A stretch of DNA of 64,000 bases, from the NCBI GenBank assembly GCA_030390025.1, contig CM059431.1, positions 121,398,001-121,462,000 of the forward strand. The letters are read 5' to 3'. The notes below the pieces were generated by a model. It was not told where the DNA came from, searched no databases, and worked only from the letters and a program-made list of their open reading frames with translations. Position numbers and translations under genes: made by a program. Positions 23,689-34,573 of this stretch are shown one piece after another (within the stretch, counting starts at the first letter, position 1; each line of letters opens with the position of its first letter). The stretch comes from Squalus acanthias. Taxonomy: Eukaryota.

Positions 23689-26576
23689 ATGCGAGAAGCA
23701 TCAGGAACAAGGTAGATGAATTAGCTGTGGAAATAGAGGTTAATAATTATGATCTAATTGGGATTACGGAAACATGGTTGCAGGGTGAGCAGGGCTGGGA
23801 GCTTAACATACAGGGGTATTCAGTATTTAGGAAGGATCGACAAAAAAGAAAGGGAGGAGGGGTAGCATTGCTGGTAAAAGAAGGGATAAATGCAATTGAA
23901 AGGAAGGATATTAACTCAGTTAATACAGAATCTATATGGGTGGAGCTAAGAAATAGCGAGGGGCGAAAAACATTAATAGGAGTGGTATATAGGCCTCCAA
24001 ATAGTAAAATAGAGGTTGGGGAGGGCATCACGAGGGAAATTAGAGAAGCGTGCAATAAGAGCACAGCTGTCATCATAGGTGACTTTAACTTGCATATAGA
24101 TTGGAATAGCCTAATCAGTAAAAATAATGAGGAGGAGGAATTCCTTGAGTGTTTAAGGGATGGTTATCTGGATCAATATGTCGAGGAACCAACTCGGGAA
24201 CAGGCTATATTGGACTGGGTACTGTGCAATGAGAAGGGACTAATTAGTAATCTTGTTGTGCGGGGACCCTTGGGGCAGAGCGATCATAACATGATCGATT
24301 TCTCACTCGAAATGGAGAGCGAAGAAATTGACTCAGATACTAAGGTCCTGAATTTAAACAAGGGGAATTATGATGCCATTAGACGGGAACTGAGTAGGTA
24401 TGATTGGACAACGTTCCTGGGAGGACTGGAGGTAGATAAACAATGGCAAGCATTTAAAGATAGAATGACAAAATTGCAAAAATTGTTTATACCAATCTGG
24501 CATAAAAGGAAATCTAAAAAGGTGACTCAACCGTGGATAACAGGGGAAATTAGAGACAGCATAAAATCCAAAGATAGGGCGTATAAAATAGCCAAAAAAA
24601 GCGCCAGAGCGGAAGATTGGGAACAGTTTAAGATAGAGCAAAGGAGGACAAAGGGCTTAATCAAGAGGGGCAAAATAGCTTACGAAAGCAAGCTGGCGGA
24701 AAATATAAAAACTAACTCCAAAAGCTTTTATAAGTATATCAAGAGGAAAAGACTGGTGAAAACCAAAGTTGGCCCATTGCAGTCAGATACGGGGGAATAT
24801 ATAACGGGAAATAAAGAAATGGCAGACCAACTAAATGCATACTTTGGGTCAGTCTTTACGAAGGAAGACACAAAAAACCTCCCTGGGATATCGGGAAAAA
24901 TAGGGACATTTGCAAAGGAGGAACTGACGCAAGTCAATATCTCTAAGGATATGGTGTTAAGGAAGCTAAAGGGATTGAAGGCGGACAAATCCCCAGGGCC
25001 TGATAACATGCATCCTAGGGTGCTGAAGGAGGTGGCCCTAGAGATAGCGGATGCACTAAGTATGATTTTTCAGAATTCATTAGACTCGGGAACAGTGCCC
25101 ATGGATTGGAGGGTAGCTAACGTTACCCCACTATTCAAAAAGGGGGGTAGGGAAAAAGCAGGTAATTACAGACCTGTAAGCCTTACATCAGTTGTGGGCA
25201 AAATGCTGGAGTCCATCATTAAGGATGAAATAGCGGAGCACTTAGCAAATGGGGACAGGATAGGACAGAGTCAACATGGATTTACAAAGGGTAAATCGTG
25301 CTTGACTAATCTATTGGAATTTTTTGAGGGAGTAACTGGTAAAATAGATGGGGGAGAGCCAGTAGATGTGGTGTACCTGGACTTCCAAAAGGCCTTCGAT
25401 AAGGTCCCACATAAAAGATTAGCAGGGAAAATTGAAGCTCATGGGATAAAGGGGAAAGTATTGACGTGGATAGAGAACTGGCTGTCAGATAGAAAACAGA
25501 GAGTTGGAATAAACGGCTCATTTTCTGAATGGCAGGCAGTAACAAGTGGGGTACCACAGGGATCTGTCCTGGGTCCCCAGCTGTTCACAATTTACATTAA
25601 TGACCTGGATCAGGGAGTCGGATGCAGCATTTCCAAATTTGCAGACGACACTAAACTAGGAGGGGGGGTGGGCTCAGAGGAGGAGACCAGGAAGCTCCAG
25701 AGCGATTTGGACAGACTGGGTGATTGGGCGGATAAATGGCAGATGCACTATAATGTGGACAAGTGCGAAGTTATCCACCTTGGGTGCAGGAACGGGAGGG
25801 CAAATTATTATTTAAATGGCAATAAATTGGGAGAGGGGGAAGTACAGAGAGACCTGGGTGTTCTTGTACACCAGTCACTGAAGGCGAGCATGCAGGTGCA
25901 ACAGGCGATCAAGAAGGCAAACGGTATGCTGGCCTTCATAGCAAAAGGGTTGGAATACAGGAACAGGGATACCTTGCTGCAGCTGTACAGGGCACTGGTG
26001 AGACCACACCTCGAGTACTGTGTACAGTTTTGGTCGCCTCATCTGAGGAAAGATGTTCTTGCCATGGAGGGGGTGCAGCGGCGATTCACCAGGCTGATAC
26101 CAGGAATGGCGGGATTGACCTATGAGGAGAGACTATGTAGTTTAGGGATGTACACACTGGAGTTTAGAAGATTGAGAGGGGACCTCATAGAAGTGTATAA
26201 AATTCTGACAGGTCTAGACAGACTAGATGCAGAAGGAATGTTTCCCTTGGCGGGTGAGAACAGAACTAGAGGACATAATTTAAGGATAAGGGCTAAACCA
26301 TTTAGGACAGAAATGAGGGGGAATTTCTTCACTCAGAGGGTGGTGAACCTGTGGAACTCATTGCCACAGAGGGCAGTGTACGCCAGCTCATTAAATATAT
26401 TTAAGAGGGAATTAGATATATTTCTACAGGCAAAAGGGGTTAAGGGTTACGGAGAGAAGGCGGGGACGGGATACTGAATTGGAGGATCAGCCATGATCTC
26501 ATTAAATGGCGGAGCAGGCTCGAAGGGCCGGATGGCCTACTCCTGCTCCTATCTTCTATGTATCTATGTATCTATG
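23689..26576 (+). mobile_element. CR1 LINE, 5'-truncated, young
   Basis: Uninterrupted ORF2 plus 3' tail with (TCTATGTA)n repeat. Confidence 0.95.
23691..26477 (+). CDS. CR1 ORF2: APE endonuclease + reverse transcriptase (no native start; extreme N-terminus missing)
   Basis: Open frame from ARSIRNKVDEL; ITETW, YRPP, GDFN, SDH (APE); NYRPVSL, DFQKAFD, GVPQGSVLGP, FADD (RT); no stop over ~929 codons. Confidence 0.9.
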   Translation, partial: ARSIRNKVDELAVEIEVNNYDLIGITETWLQGEQGWELNIQGYSVFRKDRQKRKGGGVALLVKEGINAIERKDINSVNTESIWVELRNSEGRKTLIGVVYRPPNSKIEVGEGITREIREACNKSTAVIIGDFNLHIDWNSLISKNNEEEEFLECLRDGYLDQYVEEPTREQAILDWVLCNEKGLISNLVVRGPLGQSDHNMIDFSLEMESEEIDSDTKVLNLNKGNYDAIRRELSRYDWTTFLGGLEVDKQWQAFKDRMTKLQKLFIPIWHKRKSKKVTQPWITGEIRDSIKSKDRAYKIAKKSARAEDWEQFKIEQRRTKGLIKRGKIAYESKLAENIKTNSKSFYKYIKRKRLVKTKVGPLQSDTGEYITGNKEMADQLNAYFGSVFTKEDTKNLPGISGKIGTFAKEELTQVNISKDMVLRKLKGLKADKSPGPDNMHPRVLKEVALEIADALSMIFQNSLDSGTVPMDWRVANVTPLFKKGGREKAGNYRPVSLTSVVGKMLESIIKDEIAEHLANGDRIGQSQHGFTKGKSCLTNLLEFFEGVTGKIDGGEPVDVVYLDFQKAFDKVPHKRLAGKIEAHGIKGKVLTWIENWLSDRKQRVGINGSFSEWQAVTSGVPQGSVLGPQLFTIYINDLDQGVGCSISKFADDTKLGGGVGSEEETRKLQSDLDRLGDWADKWQMHYNVDKCEVIHLGCRNGRANYYLNGNKLGEGEVQRDLGVLVHQSLKASMQVQQAIKKANGMLAFIAKGLEYRNRDTLLQLYRALVRPHLEYCVQFWSPHLRKDVLAMEGVQRRFTRLIPGMAGLTYEERLCSLGMYTLEFRRLRGDLIEVYKILTGLDRLDAEGMFPLAGENRTRGHNLRIRAKPFRTEMRGNFFTQRVVNLWNSLPQRAVYASSLNIFKRELDIFLQAKGVKGYGEKAGTGY

Positions 26577-26685
26577 AAGGGAGGTGACACTGACATTGAC
26601 TGCCCATTGTAGAACCTGACCAATTCTTATCCCTTGAAAATCAATGAGATGAAAATGAGGCAGATTTGTCACAGGCGATCCACTC

Positions 26686-26962
26686 CACCAGGTTTAGAGG
26701 GGATTTGAGGGGAAATTTCTTCACCCAGAGAGTTGTGGGGGTCTGGAGCTCACTGCCTGAAAGGGTGGTCGAGGCAGGAACCCTAACCACATTTAAAAAG
26801 TACTTGGATGTGCACTTGGGATGCTCTAACCTGCAGGGCTACGGACCAAGAGCTGGGAAGTGGGGTTAGGCTGGATAGCTCTTTGTTGGCCGGCGCGGAC
26901 ACAATGGGCCAAAATGGCCTCCTTCCGTGCTGTAACTTTCTATGATTTCTATGATTTCTATG
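26686..26962 (+). mobile_element. CR1 3' fragment (family of 56900-61895)
   Basis: RFRGDLRGNFFTQRVVGVW; tail (TTTCTATGA)n. Confidence 0.85.
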
Positions 26963-27399
26963 ATCACTCAGACAGTGTAGATGTATTGCTCGCATTGTGT
27001 GTTTAATTTGCAAGTTTAAAATGGGTGATGAAGATGTGTGCTGACAAGAAGTTAGCCCCTAAAGGGCGGCCAGATGCAGTGTTATTTAGAGAATGTATGA
27101 AAGTGGCTTGAACTCTGAATTTTTTTTCAGCAATGTGTTTATTTTGGGAATTTTTTGTCCCAGATTTGTGATAGCAATATCTTTCATTGCTACAATGAAA
27201 ATTGTGGATGTAGGAATTTCAGTGGGTATTCCTCTTTGTATTATTTGAAGATGGTGAAAGGAGGATTGTGAAGCAGATTTATTCGCACAGGGCTGCAGAT
27301 TGCTCTCACCTATGCAGCCATGTGGACAGACCAAGGCACACCCACCTGTGAATTTCCAAGGAAAACTGCCTTCACAGACATTGCTTCAGGCAGTGAGTG

Positions 27400-27770
27400 G
27401 GTTGGGACATTTGCTCAAACCTAATGCACGGATAACCTCCACCATAGAGACAGCACAGGACCAGTGCCAGTCAAGATTGCCACAACTTTAATCTTTTATG
27501 CCTCAGGCTCATTCCAAACTGAACAGGAGGCATCAACAACATCTGCAGTTCACACACGTATCAAGCAATTACAGATATGTTGTTCTCCATACCAACAACT
27601 TCATAGCATTCCCTCGGGAAACCCGACAGCAGAATGAGAGGGATCATGTAATTTTTTTCACATTATAGGATTTCCTCAAAGTCCAGGGCATTATTTATGA
27701 TACCCATATAGCCATTCCATTGCGTCCATGAATTGAAAGGGGCTCCATTACATCAATGTGCATGTTCCAT
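27400..27770 (+). pseudogene. Decayed Harbinger transposase remnant
   Basis: FYASGSFQ and GFPQ-VQG-like segments in broken frames. Confidence 0.55.
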
Positions 27771-27802
27771 CCCTACTTGGTTGACTCTTAATATAAACAA
27801 AA

Positions 27803-28099
27803 TAACTTGCATTTATACAGCACCTTTCATGACATCAGGATGTCCCAAAGTGCAATGCCAACAATGAAAACGATGAAGTACATTTGAAGTGTAGTCACTG
27901 TTGTAATATAGGGAAACACAGCAGCCAATTTGCAGAAAGCAGGGTGTCACAGACAGCACTAAGATAAGTGACCAGCTGATTGAAGGATAAATATTGGCCA
28001 GGAAACCTATTCTACTCTTATTCAAATAGTGCCATGGGATCTTTTACATTCACCTGAGAGGGCAGATTTGGCCTCGGTTTAACGTCTTACCAAAAGACT
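27803..28099 (-). mobile_element. DeuSINE-like SINE split by Harbinger insertion (resumes ~29131-29150)
   Basis: Homologous to 16161-16588; the sequence CCAAAAGAC...ACCTCCGACAGTGCA is split by 28100-29130. Confidence 0.7.
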
Positions 28100-29130
28100 G
28101 GGGGAGTTATATTGGTGAAAGGGTGAAAACAGGCACTAAGTGGGTGCTGTGCTAATAAGACACGCCTCTTTGAAAGTATGGTTTTAGCATACAATTTTGA
28201 TGTAAATTGCAGATTGCCATGATTTGAACTTGCCTGGAGGCGCTAAAACAGACACCTGCATTTTTAGCACTCAAGTGCCGATTTTACACAATTTTCATGG
28301 AGCGGTACATGTAGCCTCCACACACCCACCTCCACTGAAGGTGTGGAGTGTGCTGGCTCAGGATGGCTCAGGGACTGAGGGGCAGGGCGCACAGCTTCTC
28401 GGACACGGCACTGGAGGTCTTGATGGAGGAGGTCCAGAGGAGGAGGGATGTCCTGTACCCGCAGTGGGTGAAGGGGTTCACCTCACCCTCCTGTCCCTCT
28501 CTCCGGCAGTAGCTGGTGCTGGTCTGCCTGGCCTCATGTCCTCCTCCCATTCCTCCTGCAGGCCAAAGGGGGCCCCTAGCAAGATACCCATGACCAAGCA
28601 CTCCCTTTCTCCTGGTGACTCCTATAAGGTGTCCAATATGGTAGAGTAGCACAGCACTCACTCTCTTTAGGTGAAGTCCTCAGAGAAATGTCAGAAAAAA
28701 TGTTGATAGAGTGTTGGTGAAGTCTTGACATACTGTCCCAGAAAAGTCTCCCGATGTGTCTCAAACTCCTCTTCAAACCTTCAGCAGCAAGTGAACAGTG
28801 AAAGATGAGCATGAGCTAAGTAACACTGAAATTCTCAGCAAGGACTTGTTTACTTCTGTTCAGCTGGCCGCTGTTAAGAGAGGGGGCTAGCTGAAGTGCT
28901 AGTCACCAAAATGCCATGCAGCCTCCTTGATGAGTGCTAGCAGACAATTAGATTGTCAGTTCGACCCTTAACGATCGTCCAGGCGGCCGTTCCTAGGGCA
29001 CGCTTCAACTCCTTTAGCAAGATGGTGTCTTGCGCTAAATGTGGGCTAAACTGGCGTTGCTGCGTAAGACCCCATCTTGGCCACATCGGAGGCTTTTTAG
29101 CACCTAAAGTATCCAGGGAAAATCACCCCC
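28100..29130. mobile_element. Non-autonomous Harbinger (Myb start fused head-on to start of second gene)
   Basis: Ends GGGGGAG.. / AAAATCACCCCC; + strand RAHSFSDTALEVLMEEVQRRRDVLYP; inverted relative at 31287-32136. Confidence 0.7.
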
Positions 29131-29537
29131 AGTACCTCCGACAGTGCACCGCCTTCTCAGGGCATCTGGGATAGGCAATAAATGCAGCCATGCCAGCACT
29201 GCTATTATCCCAAGAATAAATTGGAAAAAAAAGGTCAGATTGGTACTTAGTGGTTGTCTATAGAACAGTGAAACATATGTTAGAAAGCTCGCTGCAAGAT
29301 TAAAACAGTACCTATGTAGCTAGTGTGTCTCAGGGTGATGAGCTTAAAGGCATGCAAGAGAGTGGATGAGTGAGAAAGAATATCAATTAATTAACAATTA
29401 AACAGCCCCTTTAAATAGCAGTGGCAATTTCTCAGAGGTGAATTGTATGCTATTTGCCACACCCCACTGGCAGAAAGCTCTTGCCAATGGGCTCAATCCA
29501 GCCTGAGAGTTTTCTGTGAAACTACAATGATGCCTAC

Positions 29538-31260
29538 TGTAAGGGTTGCGTGTCTCAGACGGTGCTGGTGCGAGGTTAGGCCTTTGTTGCCTAATACTAT
29601 TGCTTGCTCTGGTCTCCGGCCAGCCTTTTTGCAATAAGCACCTGTGAGTGGTTCGACCCACTCGCCCTTACGGTTCTAACACTGGACTTAGGTGCAGGGA
29701 GCAGTAATGCAGAGAAAAACTCAAATAGACCCGGTTGAATAGTACGAAATGGAAATCTTTATTGCATGGCGTCTACAATCATGAAATACATGTCATAGGC
29801 GCAAATCAACAATAGTACAAGTATACATACATTCATAAAGCTTGGTCTGTGGAAATGGAGAACACACGGCACATCGTAGAAAGGGGAACACATTATATCT
29901 TAACCTTATTAAACCACCCTCCCTTAATAATACCTACACTACGTCTAGATTTGTAGGATCGTAAAACATGCTCACCACTCGTGTTACTTCGGAGATTTTT
30001 AAAGTGAGGCACTCGGCTCGTTTCGCTGCAGCGCCTGACTGTCACGTGTTTGGAAGGGTCTCTGTACCCCACTTGTTTATTTTTACTGCTGCGACAAGCA
30101 GGCCAGACTCCCTGTTGTCATGAAGAACTCGACGGACCTCGGACACAGTTCAAAGAAGAGTCTTCCTGTGCTCGACACCGGTTGTCGGGAGACTTCAATG
30201 AAAAGTTCTTTATTTATATTTTCGGGCGCGGTCGGGGTTTACTGACCGTGGCGGCATGTGGATTCTTCTCCTCTTCTTCTCGTCTCGTCTCGTCTCTTCG
30301 GGCCTCCGGGTCCAGACACCGTTTACCGACACTCGGGATGGTGCACCCTGTTACTTGCCCTTGTCGGGGCGGCTCGTTCCGATTGAGCTCCACCCAACAC
30401 TTGAATAACCGACCAGTACGGCTAAGAGTCAATTGTCAACAGAGTCCAGAGAGAAAATCAAAAGCTCACCAGTCAAGCGAGTCCATGAAGCGGCAAGCGA
30501 ATAAGAGTTCAGCAGTCAGCAGCGAGATAAGAGAATAAGAGAGCGATGGACATTTGTTCACTATAGTTATAGTGCTGTGTTCCCTTATCTCCCGCTCAAA
30601 TCTTAATGTTTGTCCTTTGTGTAATATTGGCGCTCAAAACTCCCAGCATGGGGCGATTCTTCTCTTTAACGGGTTTCGGTAGCACCTGAAACTGGCCAAC
30701 TATCCGTTAATGTTTTCCCCATTGTTGACTCAGCCAGGATGTGTATGAATGTGTCTGGATGGGCCTTCGATTGCCCAATACAATGATCCTTACTTGTGCA
30801 TGGAAAACGATTCCAGCACTTATATCTTTGCTATTGTTTCAAATGCAAACGGATTGCATCCTGTCTTTATCAGTGTTTACCGAGTGTGATCCAATCTTAT
30901 ACTAAATGTATATTCAACACCATCTTGTCTGCCCACTGTGTTTCTGGAAGCTTCTGCCACGATGTTCGGCGGCCATTTTACAGGCTTTTGTGTCCTTTAT
31001 TATCAGGACAGCATTTCGTTTAATAAAGCTGATTACACGAATCTGCTTCTCTTGTGTTATTTTGAATCGCGATAATTGTGAAACTTTACACTACTCAAGC
31101 AATCCCAAAAGGTAAGCATAGCGCTGTCAATAATAAAGCTTGTGATTTCAAATAAAACTGTTGGACTATAACCTGGTGTTGTGCGACTTCTCAATAATTC
31201 TAAGCTCACAGCTCTCCAAAATATTGCTTTAATACCTCAACTGGAAAATGTACCCTCACA
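29538..31260 (-). mobile_element. Probable solo LTR (~1.7 kb)
   Basis: TGTAAGGGT...ACCCTCACA termini; minus-strand AATAAA near 29760; U5-like motif shared with LTR 46405-47968; no clean TSD. Confidence 0.55.
31135..31190 (+). mobile_element. 56-bp PLE pLTR fragment
   Basis: Matches 2731-2787; flanked by TCAATAAT direct repeat (31127-31134, 31191-31198). Confidence 0.75.
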
Positions 31261-31286
31261 TGTTTAAATATAAATACAATGGATAG

Positions 31287-32136
31287 AGGGGCGATTTTTG
31301 ACAGCTCCTTCAGCTGCTCAAGAACCAAGATGCAGTCTTGAGCTGAAACATCGGTTTAGCCCACGTTTAGCCCAAGACACAATCTTCGTAAAGGAGTTGA
31401 AACTTGCATTAGGAACGACAGCCCGGAGGATCGTTAAGGGGCTGATTGCCACTTAAAATGCCTGCTAGCGCTCAATAAGGAAGCTGCATGGCATTTTGGT
31501 GGATAGCGCTCGACCTGATGCTCTCTCCAAACAGCGATCAGCTGATTGGGAAAAAACAAGTCGTTGCAGAGGATTTCGAGCACTACTTAAACGTATATCC
31601 TATGTTCCTATCACATTTTACTGTTCACTTGCTGCTGGAGGTTTGAAGTGGACTTTTGAAACTCATCGGGAGACTTTCTGAGACAGTTTGTCAAGACTTC
31701 ACCAACACTCTAGCAACACATATTCTGGAAAATCTCTGAGAACTTCCCCTAAAAAGAGTGAGTGCTGTGCTACTGTACCTTATAGGAGTCACCAGGAGAA
31801 GGGGAGTGCTTGGTCTTGGACATATTGGTAGGGGCCCCCTTGGTCTGGACTAGGAATGGGAGGAGGGCATGAGGCCAGGCAGAGCAGCACCAGCTGCTGC
31901 AGGAGAGCGAGAGAGGAGGGCGAGGAGGGTGAGGTGACATCCCTCCTCCACCAGGACCTGGATTGCCGCGTCCGAGAACCTGTCCGCCTTTTCCCTCGGC
32001 TTCATAGCCACCCTGTAATGTGCCACTGTGTGCCAGCCAGAGCACTCCGCATCTTCAGTGGAAGTGTGTGCAAGTGTCCCACATATAATGCTCCACGAAA
32101 ATTGCATCTAATCAGCACTTGAGTGCTAAACCTGCA
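31287..32136. mobile_element. Non-autonomous Harbinger, inverted relative of 28100-29130
   Basis: Reverse-complement homology; ADRFSDAAIQVLVEE on minus strand. Confidence 0.7.
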
Positions 32137-33440
32137 GGGCTGAGAAATTCGAGCAGGCCAGAAACCTGCCGGTAACAGCGCAGGCCAAGGCTAACAGCCG
32201 CCCGCAAAAAGAGCGCAGGCAGCGCTATTATTTTGGCGCTGCCTGCTAATTTACGCGAGTGGAGAATCCCTTGTGCAACGTGCTCTTTCCGTCGCTAATC
32301 TCAGCAGGAGGCCGAAGGTCGCATCTGAAGGATCGGTGCGATGTTCTCGGGCAATGTGCGATGTCGGATCATTTGGTGACGGCTCCTGGGTTTTGCCATC
32401 GAGTCCGCTGATGGTCCTTGTGGCAAATGATGAGGCATTTATTTGTCCACGGCTCCCCTCTTACTTTCGCTGACATTTCTCTGGGTCTTGTGTGGGGTCC
32501 ACAATTGCGTGCCAGAGTGCCTGGTACTCCCACGTTCGCTGGCTGCAATAGGTCCACAGATCTTTCACCCAGGTAATTGCTGTGTGGATGTTCCTGCTCC
32601 GGGGGGTGAGGGGGGGGGGAGGAGGGGTGATGGGGTTAGGAGGGGTGATGGGGATGCACCATCTTGCGGCTAGCAGTGACAGTGCACTAGCCTGTAGATC
32701 ACATAACGATTCACTGCCTGGTGAGTGACTTTTAAAGCACAAGCTCAGATCTGGAAGGACGGTGACTGGAAACACCACATAAAGACGATGGCACAGATGT
32801 CCTTAAACAGTTGGATGAAACAGCAATGGAAATAAATTTAAAAAACGGGGAACATGAAATCTTGCTGTAAGACAGTTCAATTACATTTTTAACAACAGCA
32901 GACTTTTGAAGAACTCTTGATGAGAATGTGCTGTCAAGCCTTTTAAAAACAGACTTCCAAACTTTTCATATCATTTTATCAGTTCCTAAACTAGAAAACC
33001 CCAATGTATAAAATTTAAGGAAATGCAGCTTTGGTTTTTCCCGAGATTATTACAGCTGTAGTACAGTACAATTTATTTTAAAAGTATTTACCTCCTATGC
33101 TGTTTGACTCACCAATTACATAGTCTGAACTCTCCATAGTTCCCAGTTATCCCAGCAGCTGTTTAATGGATGGGTTCCAGCTCACCGCCACTTTCTCCTG
33201 CCTCTCCGCACTGTCAGTGGCTGCATGCACGGGCGTGCTTTGGAGAGGGCGGTAAGAGGAGCGGCGAGCTCCAAAATGGATGAGTGTGCGTCAGTTCGGC
33301 GTTGCACGCTGATTGAAGTCATGCTCCCACTAATTAAAATACTTGCTGCGCGCGCAGGCAAACTGCTGCCGACCAGCTGAACATTTTTTTCAACAAAATG
33401 GGCCTTAACAGCCAGTGCAAAGACCTCCAATTTCTAGGCC
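32137..33440. mobile_element. Harbinger-like non-autonomous element
   Basis: Termini GGGCTGAGAAATT / AATTTCTAGGCC and GC-rich subterminal regions; flanks differ (no TSD). Confidence 0.5.
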
Positions 33441-34400
33441 AATGTATGAGACTTCGGCACTTCAATAAGGATGTCCTCACTGAAATCTACCCACTGTTGC
33501 AGCCACAACAGCAACCTCAGAGCAGGGTAAGGACCGCATTGCCAGTGGCTGTGAAGGTGACCGTGGCTATGCACTTTTATGCGTCTGGATCCTTCTAGGC
33601 TGGAGCTGGAGGTATTTGCAACATTTCGCAGTTTTCCGTCCACTGTTGTGTAAGGGAGGTCACTGGGGCTCTCTATTCAAAGAGAGCTGACTACATTTCA
33701 TTCTCTCTTGCCATAGAAAAGCAGGTGGAGTGAGCATGAGGGTTTGCTAGGATTGCAGGCTTCCCCGTGGTGCAGAGTGCCATTGACTGCGCGCACATTG
33801 CTTTGCGGGCGCCGCATGTCAACTGTGCCATGTACTGAAACCGAAAGGGATTCCACTCCCTCAAGGTCCAGCTGGTGTGTGACCAAAGGCCGCGCATCAT
33901 GCAGGGCAGTGCCCGGTATCCTGGCAGCAGTCATGATGCCTACATTCTGCGTTTCAGCCACCACTACTGGATTACATGGGCTATCGCTGATGACATGGCT
34001 CATGACTCCGGTTCGCAACCCATGCACATGTGCGCATCATGCATACAATGAGAGCCATGCTGCCACACAAAATGTGATAGAGCAGACCATTGGCATGATG
34101 GAACAATGATTCTGCTGCCTGGACCACGCTGGAGGAGCCCTGCAGTACTCACTGAGCGGGTCTCAAGATTGTGGTGGTCTGCTGCATGCTGCATAACATC
34201 GCCATCATGAGGGGACAGCCCTTGCCACCAGCTATACGGCAAGTAGCTGCGGAGGCGAAGCATAAGGAAGAAGAGGAGGAGGAAGAGGAGGAGCTGGAGG
34301 TGGAAGAGGAGAAAGAGGAAGGGGAAGGGAGGAGCCAACCTAGACAGCCCCTTTCTGCCCAGGCTGTCCGTGAAGAACTAATTCAAGTGAGATAACAGTA
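33441..34400 (+). pseudogene. Harbinger transposase with stops and frameshifts
   Basis: [73 protein letters not shown], poly-Glu tail. Confidence 0.85.
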
Positions 34401-34573
34401 ACCGCAACCCCAGTTCCACATTCACCAACAGTCCCACACTCCTTACCTTCGCTCTGTCACTGACCAATGCATCGTCCTCTTGGCCACAATGAAAAAAATA
34501 AAAGCCACCACAAAGTAAACATTGCAAACAAAATTTATAAATCAAATCATGTCATATTCCATACACAATTAAA

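Noticed and set aside
32601..32653. G-quadruplex-like G-run tract
   Set aside because: Low-complexity tract inside a TE with no evidence of function
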